NCBI GenBank assembly: GCA_050084515.1
Contig: CM114271.1
Span: 38,440,001 to 38,504,000, forward strand
DNA from: Blasia pusilla
Lineage: Eukaryota
Length of the DNA stretch: 64,000 nucleotides
Direction of reading: 5' to 3'
The position numbers and the translations under genes are program-made. Positions 1 through 10,970 of the stretch are shown here, piece after piece (position 1 is the first letter of the stretch; every line of letters begins with the position of its first letter). The notes beneath the pieces are model-generated. The model ran no database searches. It saw only the letters and a program-made list of their open reading frames with translations, and was not told where the DNA came from.

Positions 1-600
1 ATTCTTCAATAATGGAAAACGAACACCAAGTTCTATTCACCTCATGGACCAGCCCCAACTCCAAAACTTTTCGGACTTGCTACAATCTGAATTTGGAATC
101 ATCTCTTGCCTATTGGATGCTATCACATACATACAAATATCTCGGTATATATGTGTAACCTTCATATTCATCTTTCATTCATAAATATGAACATGACTAG
201 TCAAGTATTAGTAACTAAGTGTTATGGCTACACTTGGTCTCTAAATTCTTGAAGGTATCTACCCTACTTTTCTACACATAGATGCCTATGGTTGTCAACT
301 TTAAACCATGTTGCCTACACATTGAATATCATAAGAAAGATTTTTGTCAACCATCAGGTTGGTGTATGGTGGCAGTAGATTAGTATGCATCTTCAAGTAC
401 TTTTCCACTTGAGAAAGAGATCCGAAAAATACTTGCCTATGGCTAAATTTAGAAGGGCAGTGGAACTGAGTCCTTCATCTAGATGTAGAAGAGAAGCATT
501 TCCCAATAGTGCCTTGTCACAAACATCGGTCTGGTCGATTACATATATGCTTTTAGCGGTCGCCTGATGACCCAAGGGATAGGACCCTTGCTATCAGAGG
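1..600 (+). pseudogene. Heavily decayed non-LTR retrotransposon (LINE) ORF2 fragment
   Basis: YKYLGIYV (tac aaa tat ctc ggt ata tat gtg) at 132-155 is the motif that ends LINE RT domains. Surrounding frames are broken and the boundaries are guesses. Confidence 0.3.
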
Positions 601-2707
601 TGGACATTCCTCTTTAATGGGATTTAGTATACAATCTTGGGCACCGTGTTCTCTTGCGCTGCCTCCGTAAACCCTAAGATTATTCAATCTTCCAAGTTCA
701 TTTGGATTGAGGATGTGAGTGCTTGCAGACTATATCTGCTAACAAGAAGTCATTATACATAGTAGCACTTGCTATGTATAATGAGGCTTATCCATGTCTC
801 AACCGATCTTTGGTTCCCTAATAGGAAACTTGTAACGTTCTCCAATTTTTTCACACTTATTTCTAGGGACTTTGAGGAATTTGGGCTGGATAGACATGCT
901 GCAGGTTTCCTTTGGGAAAATCTACCTTTAACCTACCTTTCCTACTAGCTCAAGAACACTGAATGGCGATAGGAAGATAGAAAGAGCAATCAGGTCCGGA
1001 TCCGGTCTAACGCTACACAATAAAGACATAACCCAATTGTCTAAGGAAGCAGAGATGCAACATCAAGAAATAATTGAAAGGATGCATCCGAGAGCAGACA
1101 TAACGAAATCAGAAATCTTGCCAGCAAAAGTTCCTAAACATATTTCCTACATTTAGCAATGAACTTTAGCAGACTATGCTTGGAGCCCATCCCTTCTTGA
1201 ATGCACACGCAGTATTCACCCCCACCTCCGAGCCAAGCTGCCCCAAAGCTTTGAAAGTAAGACAACCTACAAAGATAATAGGAGTGAAACTCGTCCCGAA
1301 ACTTGAATACAAAGAACACATCAGAAAAGAACCACGGGCCCAATCCCTGAACGGAGGAGGGATTTGATCGTCGCATCTAAGGTGGCCTGCGCAAACGTGT
1401 ACCACAGGTGCTAGAAGAACGCAAAAGCCTTTGCCCAAGAAGGCTAGACGTGACAAGGACATGCAAGCTAAGGAGATCTTGAGACTGTTTGCAAAGAGGT
1501 AAATGCAAGATCTACAAGACGATCGATATATAAGATCAGACAAGATCTACGAATGCCACAAACCGACCCTACACGCGACTAGCAAGGAAACCTTCACGGT
1601 ATAATTACACCCCGGCTAGCTAGGCATGGACATTTGAAGCTTGACTATATAAGTACCTTACATGTAAAATTCTTAAAAAACCTAAGCTCTTTGACTCAAC
1701 TTTTCCCATTGAGAGCTATAGAGAGTGAAACAAATCGATGACATCCTAAACGTGAGCCACATGATGAGCAAAGAAGTAGACAAAAGAGACAGAATTCAGG
1801 TTGACCAAAACGTGACCACACTGAACATGCAAACTAGAATGAAGGAATGTCGAAGTCTATTACCCGTTGCTCTCTCTACTTAGAAGTTTGACAGACTTCG
1901 TAGAGGCTCCACTCAAAGTTCGCCCTACTTCCTAAATGCTTCAAACTCCAAATCATGGCAGCAACTAAAGTTCTCCATGCTTCCTAAAGGCTCCACTCTC
2001 CCTTCCTGTCTCGATTGATGAAGAGCACACAAGAGCAAGGAAAGTAGGGGGCTGGGCCAAAGCTAATACAGACTAAGAAACATATATTTCGTTTCGTTCC
2101 TTCTTGCAGACCCTTTCACAGTTCAGAAAAAAGAGAGGCCGAAGCTTGCACTTACAGATGAACTAGAAAAAAACAAGGAGCCAAACGGGAACAGAGATAG
2201 ACAAGGAGCAAGAAAGTGAAATAATGCGCCAGAGCGACGAGCGATAGAGGCTAGACTTACAAAGCAAGACAAAACGTCATAGCTACCTCGCACAAGACCC
2301 TAAACGCATGACTTTCGCTCTGAGAGAGGAAAGCTTGCACCCTTCCACTGTTTGGAAAGGAGAGATCCCACAGTTTGAAAAGGAGAGATCGGCCGAAGCT
2401 CGTGAAGAAGCTTGCACTTACACTTACACACGAACAAAGTACCCGAGAAATAGAAGAAGCAAGACACGAACATAGATAGACAACTAGCAAGACCCTTAGC
2501 GCACAACTTTCGCTTTGATTGATGAGAGCTTGCACATCTATATCTATCTATACTATAATAAGCGACCCTACATCTACAATGAGACAAACTAGTAAACTGC
2601 TCGGGTGAAAGGATATATCACCTTATAGAAACTACACCTGTTAGCACGTTGTATACATGTCAACTTAGAAGGAAGGGGATTTCAAATCCCATCCTCTTTT
2701 AATAATA

Positions 2708-2893
2708 CTAGTTGGCGGCTCATGTCATGTGCAGGAGTGAAGGGATTAATGACATTTCACACAAAATTTATGTCAGGGGAAATATTTTCTTACTACCCGT
2801 AGGATAGGGGACATTTTCTTGCTGCCCCGATGCCACATATCAAGCAAAGAGGTGTTTGCAAATCAAGAAGGCACTCTCCAATAATAATATAGA
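2708..2893 (-). mobile_element. Non-autonomous mini-Helitron (~186 bp)
   Basis: Minus strand reads a|TCTATATTATTAT at 2893 and ends CTAG|t at 2708, i.e. an A^T insertion with no TSD. Its 5' ~65 bp recur at 7064-7127. The 3' hairpin is weak. Confidence 0.55.
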
Positions 2894-3906
2894 TAGATAG
2901 GAAACATAATCACACAAGAGGTGGATTTTTGATATGCCAAGATAGTAGCGATGATACTCGTTTAAATCCTTGGGATGGGGAGTGGTGTAGTGGGAGGGGA
3001 AGTAGTGTATTAATTGAAGATCTTCTATTTTATTTGACCTTAAAAGTTTTTATTTCTGTAGTGGGGTATTTAGTGGGGATATTATTTGGGGAAGGAGTAG
3101 GATGTGTATTAACAACCACCACCACTCCAATTTCCGGTATAACCAAGTGAGAGGTAATTGAAGTGGGGGACTAAAAGTTTAATGGTCTTGGGGTGCACTT
3201 TGAACTTGCTACGAGCATATAAAAACTCAAGTGTATGTTGCTTGCATATTATCACCTATAGGAGTCTTGCACCTTCAGCATTGCACTTTGAACTTGAGCA
3301 TTGTAATTGAGATTTGAGCTTCAACATTCCATATTTTAGCATCCAAAAGTAGGAGCAAGATTCGCTCTGAGCATTCAGATACTTGAGTAATCATAAGTTA
3401 CTTTTCTTTATTGGTACACATTACACAGAGGAGGCTTTGCTCATTCATATGAAACACAAGCTACCATCTTGAAATGAAGTATGTTTAATGATTGATGTTT
3501 AATTTCATATGCAAGTGAAATCTGCAAGCAGAATATTGGGTATTTCAATATTTTCAAGCTCTATATGTGTAAGTAAGACTACTACTCCAAAATCAAGACT
3601 CGGTAGTCACAGTCGATTATTGTCTCATCCTCAGACTCTAATGATGCAACTCTAGAGAGAACTCGTAATCATATACCTCATGCTCATTTTCACCTAATCA
3701 ACACTATGGTAAGTTCTTTGGTGGATTCTTTGAGAGTCCAATAATGCCGCTCCGAGATCCTATTCTTGCCACCATACCCATACAGGTTAAAATGTAGGGA
3801 AGTCCTTTTGCCCATTGTGTTTTCCATGATTGTCAAGAAGGCAACACAAAGAGAGATAACACCCCTAAGTATGTTCCTACAATAGTTCCTCCAAATGCGT
3901 CCATAA

Positions 3907-4710
3907 AGTACTATATGCCAAGAATTAGAGTTACTCCAAGTCGAAATAGGTTGAGACGCGTGTCGTCTTATCAAGAAGCAACCAAAGCCCCAAGCGATTT
4001 TCATATGAACAGAGAACCAAAAGGCGAGCATTTTAACATTCATTCAGAGAGGGAAGATCGGGGATGGAGGCCGGATGGCCCAAAACATCAAAGGCCATAT
4101 AAGAGGGAAGCTCTCACTGTACATCACACCGCCTTTGACAACAATAGTACTAGACTTCTCTCGCTTGCACCAAATTATGTGTTAGATAGAGAAGTGAATC
4201 ACGACGAGGAGGAAGATACGATGAGTACCGCCACTTCATCAGCACCTCGGGAAAAGCTTTTGCTCTAGAGGCTTTCCAACATTCTATCCCACTAGTTAGC
4301 ATACCCATGCTTGTGCACGAAAATTATTTTTTAATAGTTTAGAAATATTTTTTATTTCAAAATTGAAGTACGATTTCCACTTTCTTAGAGTAATATAGAG
4401 TACTATTTGCTAAGAGTTAGAGTTACTCCACGTCGAAATAGGTTGAGGCGCGTGTCATCTTATCGAGAAGCAACCAAAGCCCCGAGTGTTTTTCATCTGA
4501 ATAGATAACTAGAAGGTGAGCGTGTTAGACATAGAAGTGAATCACGACGAGTACTGCCACTTTATCAACACCTCGGGAAAGCTTATGCTCTAGAGGCTTT
4601 CCAACATTCTATCCTACTAGTTAGCATGTCCATGCTTGTGCATGAAAATTATTTTTTAATAGTTTAGAAATGTTTTTCATTTCAAAATTTGAATATAAGT
4701 TCCACTTTTT
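3907..4710. repeat. Tandem duplication (3907-4385 and ~4398-4710); the second copy has internal deletions and each copy contains a Helitron-like 3' end
   Basis: agtactat.tgc.aaga.ttagagttactcca.gtcgaaataggttgag... and ...ctcgggaaa..gctctagaggctttccaacattctatcc.actagttagcat occur twice. CTAG at 4292 and 4617 is followed by a catgc-ttgt-gca(c/t)g hairpin. Confidence 0.85.
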
Positions 4711-7126
4711 TTAATCTTAAAAGAATAATAACATATCACTTTTAAAATAATTCTACTCTTCAATTAAAACTTGAATAATATCCAACCCCCCTAAATAATT
4801 TCACTCCTCCATAAAAGTTTAAACAATATCTATTCTTCCCTTTCCATTCTTCCGCCAAAATAACATCCACCAATTAAATTATTGGTTCATTTTAATAAAT
4901 GAAATAATTTTCCTTTTCTAATTTATTTTTCTTTCCTAAAATACAAATGTGAATTAACATGATTATTTCAAAAATAATTATACTTTAAATCCCAAACTTT
5001 TAATAAAATTTTCAATTTCTTAAATCTTAGAAGAGTAATAACATTCCCATCTTCTAAGTTATTTCACTCTTCAATTAAAACTTAAGTGATACCCCACTCC
5101 CCTAAATAATTCTTCTTTCCATAAGATTTGTACGCAGATCTATTCTTTCTTCACTAAAATTCATTTCCCATTTCAATGAAACATGAATAAAAAATTAATA
5201 GTTATTAATCTTTTGTTTCTTAATTGTCTCACTACTTCGTCTTAGGATCATTTATTATAATATAAATTGATTAAATTATTAATTACTAAATTTCTTTTAA
5301 ACTCAAATTCATTTTCTCTATCCATCAAATATGAAAATTTAAACATATTGTTATTTGGTTTTATTGTCGGCGTTAAGATAGATAAATTTTTAATGATGAA
5401 TTTAGGAGATTGGTGTGATTGTATTAAGAAAAAACTGATGCATGTAGGCTATCATTGAAGTAAATGTGGGTCTATCCTCGGCCCTATGATAATGGACAAA
5501 CACCGTAGGGTTTGTCAATTGCAAAGGACAAGCCCCGAAAGAGAGCGAGAGAGCAAAAAGAGAAGAAGCGCACATTTTTGCCCACATCGGTTATTTTTTT
5601 CTGATCTAACCCAAGCACAACCAAGTTCACGAAGCTGCAAAGTCCTCAAGTGTTTGCTACGAAGGCAAACAAACCCCCAACCTGCAAACCTGTGCGCGTT
5701 GGGATGGAGCACAAAATCCTTGTGCTTTCAAACTTGCATTGTACTTGTTGACTTGCTGTGAACACCCATGTGCCTGCATGTTAATGAACGGCGAGATTCT
5801 GGAGCAAGCCACTACTACGCAATCAAGAATCAAGCTCTACTACCCAATGCCATAGCTGGCATCAAGGTGAACGAGCCAAAGATGACTACGAAAGCCTTTC
5901 TACAAACTCGAGCAAGACACGAGGTAGTAGGCAACGTGATCTTGCTTCCCGGCCGCGAGCTCTGAACTCGAATCAAAACTGCAAAGACGAACCAAAATTT
6001 CGGGAGGAAGGATGGAAGTTGCAACAAACTATGCTGCCGTGAGTGTAGCCACGAGCGCCGCCGTGATCTCAGCCACACCTCCTTCCCAACGCGATTCAGT
6101 CCAACTCCGACCTCAAACCCTCTCATGGCGGATCTCAGCCGCGACCTCAGCCCCGCGCTCCCTCTCTCTCTCTCCCCACCGCACTGGGAGCTCATCCGCT
6201 TGAACTTTGCAAGGAAATCCGCAGCCGCAAAGTGGTGGGAGAGCTGCCACGATCTCAGCCACACCTCCGCCCTAAGTCCAACTCCGACTTCACTCAGCTA
6301 GGAGCTCAGCCCGACACTCCCTGTCTCTGCGGCTGTGGCTCAGCCACTCTGTAACAGAGGCCCATGCACGAGTGCGATGCTCTGCCACATCAAGCTCCAA
6401 AGGTGGACCACGCCTCCAGCGGCCCGACCCAGCAGTGCTCGGCAAGGATTTTGACGCATACCGGTACTTTACCGAGAGAAAGATCAAAGTAATCGGCAAT
6501 TTCACCATGATAGCCGGTTTTCTTTTAATTTAACAAAGAAAACCTACTTTTCTCGTCGGGAAATTTCCTAAAGTTTCAGACTTGAATCGGAAATCACTCA
6601 TTCTCAACCGGCTTCTTTTACAAAGAATGCCGGTTCTTTCCGAGCATTGCGACCCAGCCACCCGAGCCCAATACCTCCTCACAAGCGGTTGTCAAAATAG
6701 CCGCCGTCGATCTCGAAGATATGCGTTGCCCTAAAGTGAAGGACTAAGTATTAGCTTGATTGTGGTGTTGTTTTTGCGTTTTAATTTCAGTGCAAAATAT
6801 CATTTTCCTCTTTTTTTCTTCAAATTTCTAATTTATTCTTCCAAGTGCAAACATTTTTTTTATAATTTATTTAATTTTTAAATTTTTGTTACTAAATTTT
6901 ATTTCACAATTATTAATAGGGTGCTCGTGCGATGCACGAAAATAAAAAAGTGTTTGAAGAATTAGTGTATAGTACGTGAAATGAAGATATTAATGATGCT
7001 GCATATAAATTCAAATTTTTTCCTATTGCCCGTAGCATGTGAAACATTTTTTTGATGTCCAATTGCCACATATCAAGCAGAGAGGTGTTTGCAAATCAAG
7101 AAAGCACTCTCCCATAATAATATAGA
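4617..7126 (-). mobile_element. Composite non-autonomous Helitron (5' end at 7126; 3' ends at ~6920 and 4617)
   Basis: a|TCTATATTATTATGGGAG on the minus strand at 7126; TCGTGC-gat-GCACGA hairpin at 6925-6939; hairpin plus CTAG|t at 4617-4650. Which ends belong together is inferred. Confidence 0.45.
6433..6649. mobile_element. hAT-type MITE, 217 bp
   Basis: Imperfect TIRs CAGTGCTCGGCAAGGA and (revcomp) CAATGCTCGGAAAGAA; perfect 8-bp TSD CGACCCAG at 6425-6432 and 6650-6657. Confidence 0.88.
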
Positions 7127-8204
7127 TTGAGGAAACCTGTTTGCATGGTGCGCAAGCACTTGAAAAATCATTTTCATGCGCAAATATGAGCTTGCTAACT
7201 AGTACACAAAAAAACACGGCAAAATGTAAGGCACAATTAAGAGCGCGATCCCATGGACATGCATAGAGGTTTCCGCAAGCTCTATTTCTATGTCTGAAAT
7301 AATCTTCCAATGGCTAATGCAACAAAATGCACCAGTCCCTAATAACTACCTCTAGTCATAAATAAATTGAGGTTGCGAGGCCGCTAGACCATTTATGTGC
7401 CCAAAACTTTTGGGCGCATAAAAACGAGGGACCCTCTATGGTTGCCAATTCCTAGTGTGCATGGGATTGGCCCTAAACAAGTAAGCTCGAGAGACAAAAG
7501 TTGTGCCCAAGCAAAAGAAAGCTCAGATAGCTGTGAAAGCAGAAGCAATGTGAATCAAACACCAACAATCGTCCGGAGAGCATCAAGGCCGCGCGTGAAA
7601 CCCAACTCCTTCCGTCGCGTCCACTCCTAATGGACGGATGCCTAAAATGGAATTAGCGATGGAAAATAAAATACAAGCGCGCCTAAGGGCCTTATCCCAT
7701 GACCCCGTTTCTTGGGGTCATGTGCAACCCCTAGAAACGAGCTTGTGGATGAACTTATAGCATGTCTACCTCCCTATTTTGGTAACTGAATGTGCAACTT
7801 TCAGTGGCGGAAACAATAAATCCCTCCGCCCATCCCTCTAATTGAAATTCCCCCCACCACTATCCCTCCCACCTCCCTTCTCCCATAAATCCCCTTTTCA
7901 TCATAACCCCAATCCGTCCCCTACTCCAACCTTCTCTTTCTCTTTCTCATTTTCTTATCTTTTTAAAAAAAATTCTTGTTTCTCATTCCACCCTCCCACC
8001 TTCTCCAACCTCATTCCTCTCCTCCCCCATAAATCCCCGTTCCATCTTAACCCCAATCCGCATTTCCCTCCACCCTCCCCCAACTCCGACATTCTCTTTC
8101 TCTATTTTTCTCTCATTGTTTTTTTACTCTTTTTTTTTACTTTTTTTTTTTTTTTACTTTCATTGGTCTTCTTTTCCATCATTTTCCTCCAATTTGTTTC
8201 AATC

Positions 8205-9519
8205 ATGGACGCTTTAGATCTTCGGAGAAATGATGAATCATATTCTTTGATTACATTCTTCCTGCTTCTTAATTTTTTGCTTGCAAATGAAATTCTTTCT
8301 CTTCAATGTCTTCTTTCTTATTGTAGATGTAGGAGGTCCCTCCTTCGTTCTCCTGCTCTCTTTTGCTTCCACTTGATGATGATTAACAGTGCAAGTATTA
8401 TGCCACGTTGTGTCTCCTCCCCATCTTATATTCTACCATGATCCATAGGATTTACATGTCTTTTAATTGATGACAATATTGTAAGAAGAACGTTTTATAG
8501 CTTTCTTTCGTGTGAGTGTCAACACATTTGACTTCCTTTGTGATATGCTAAGGACTTGATTGACTACTGGTCCTATGCATTCGTTAAGAGTCTTACCAAA
8601 TAGGTTGTTGAGTGTTGAGAGACAACTTGCTATCACTCTACGACGTCTTGCCACAAGGCATCATACAAAAGGGATCATAGAGCTTTTTTGGTATCGGGCA
8701 GTCTATAGTTGTGCAAGTTGTCCTCAGAGCTATTAATACCCTTGTGAAGGTGGCTCATGGGGCAGTGAGTTGGCCAAAAGGAGAACATATTGAGAGGGTA
8801 AAATCCGATTTCGAAGCACAACATGGCTATCCCAATTGTTGCGGTGCAGTTGATGTAATTCACTTACTCATGGAACTACGAGTAGGTACAAATTCAACAG
8901 CATGGTATAGTCATAAATATAACTCTTATGCATGTGCGATGCAAGCTATTGTTGATTCAAGACTGAGGTTCTTGGATGTGTTTATCAGATGTCCCGCTTC
9001 TATTCATGATTCTCGAATTCTTCGAAACTCCCAATTTTGCAAAATGCCACTTCATACCAAAGGGTCCTCAGCAAAATTCGAGTTCATGTAAGAATGGTGA
9101 GACAATTCTGGTGTATATTATTAGTGATGCAGGATATCCACTCTTGCCATGGCTTATAGTTCTTTATCCCGGAGCATCTATTGAATAAAAAGGATACTTG
9201 GAACTATTATCATTCTTCCATAAGGATGTACGTGGAGAGATCTTTCGGCTGATTAAAAGGGATATGGCGCTCACTCAATCGACTTAGTAACAAGCCCACC
9301 GTACAAACACTACCAAAGACTATCTTCACTACATGTGTTCTTCATAATATCATGGTAGATAGAAAAGATCAGATTGTCAATGGTTTTATAGACCCCTCCT
9401 CTTGGACAGGGATACATGTACCAAGAGGTTGTAACAATCCTCCAAACAATGAAACAACTCATGATGGAAAGAGAAATCTTAATGCTCTTTTTCAGCATGT
9501 CATGGCAAAACCTCAATAG
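8205..9519 (+). pseudogene. Harbinger/PIF DDE transposase (HARBI1-like), decayed
   Basis: Pieces in several frames: ...LSVERQLAITLRRLA, GYPNCCGAVDVIH, MQAIVDSRLRFLDV, HDSRILRNS, ISDAGYPLLPWL, VERSFG.LKGIW, CVLHNI. Frameshifts and stops are present. Confidence 0.92.
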
Positions 9520-9648
9520 TAATTTCAACATGTCAATAATTGTATATCATGTTATAGGTACATTATACATGGATATTTTTGTTTACTTTGTCTTACATAT
9601 GACCTATGACAACATGTGAATGAAATTGCATCTCGTCATGAACGTTAT

Positions 9649-10970
9649 TCATAATCTCAAGATATCCCTTTCAAATATCCTACTAATGACATGAGACAAT
9701 GCTTGAGAGATCATTGAGAATGCATCCGCATTCTGTTGTAGGACTTGTGGTTCTAGTGTTCGTAGCTCAAGGTCGTCCCTATGAGCATGCTCCATGAAAT
9801 GTACTATAGAATCAGTGGAGAGCCCGATGGCTTGGCCCATGGAGCTTCTACGTCGCCGTTTTCCTCTAATCCAAACATTAAGGCTCTTCTTTTTCACAAA
9901 TCCCTCTTCACAATACCACATTACCACAAAAAATGTTATTAGTTCAAGTGAAAATCACCATATACATATCAATATAAATAAATATTCCATGTAGCCATAA
10001 TGTGGAAGAAAAGCATTGTTATAAGAACCTTGAATAGAAGAAGATCCTACTGGTGGAGTGCTTGAAGGCGGTTTGGTAGACACCCCTTTTGAAGGTGGAA
10101 TCTCCACCACTACATTAATAAACAAGAAATAAGTAAGAACCCATATTTTCATCATGTGTCATGTTCAATAATGAAAAAACATTGTCATTCATATTCATGT
10201 ACGTGGAATCATGAGTGGACTTTTGGAAGTGAAGGATAGACTTGTGGGAGTGAAGGTTGGACTTGTGGGAGTGATCGGTGGAAGTTTGGTTGCATGAGGA
10301 GTTTCCTATTTTGTTGGATATGATCCATAAGAACCTGTACTTCCTGGACAATGTGAAAATATGTTAATATCATCATTAAGATCAGGGAGACTAGAAGTAT
10401 CAAAGCACGACACTCCTATGCTCTCAAGGTCCACATCTTGTCGTCTTGGAAGCCAATCTACTAAGTCTTTATAGTAAATTAAATCAAAATTTAAGGGCAG
10501 ATCTCGTGCTTTCCGATCCTTCTTTAACATGCCAATGTCAAAGTAGGATAACTCCCCACTCGCCGCTTTCATTTCCCAATCATGAACCTGTAATAAAAAA
10601 TGACATGAGTGAGATATGAAAAATGAAAAGCTTTCAAGATGTGAGATTATAAGTTTTTGCCAAAACCAAGTTACCTTTTTGAAGTCTTTGACAATAGCAC
10701 TCCATTTCTTCTTACATGCTTGTCCATCACGAATTAGTTCAGTCATGCCATTCTTGAAGCAATAGTCATCCACATTTTTCCACTTTTGTTTTAAGGGGGC
10801 CGTACTAGATTGAGCAGTGTCATTCAACTCCCTTCTTGCCAGCTCATCTCGTTTTTCTGCAATCAAAATTCTGATGTCCGAAGGCGTCCAGGGAATCGAC
10901 TTGACATTACGCAATGGTACTCGAGAGTCAAGTTCCATGCAATCCTCAACTCCATGATTTTTGACCTACA
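9649..10970 (-). pseudogene. Harbinger-associated Myb/SANT (trihelix-like) DNA-binding protein, multi-exon
   Basis: WTPSDIRILI...KWKNVDDYC...RDGQACKKKWSAIVKDFKK|VHDWE...SYF...RKARDLP. An 87-nt in-frame GT-AG intron lies at 10588-10674, the C-terminal helical exon at 9649-~9915, and a premature TAG at 10306. Further upstream exons to ~12.6 kb are possible but unresolved. Confidence 0.85.

Noticed and set aside
7842-8441. 199-aa Pro/Phe/Leu-rich ORF
   Set aside because: Mostly translation of pyrimidine-rich low-complexity leader DNA; only the part from 8205 belongs to the Harbinger nuclease N-terminus.
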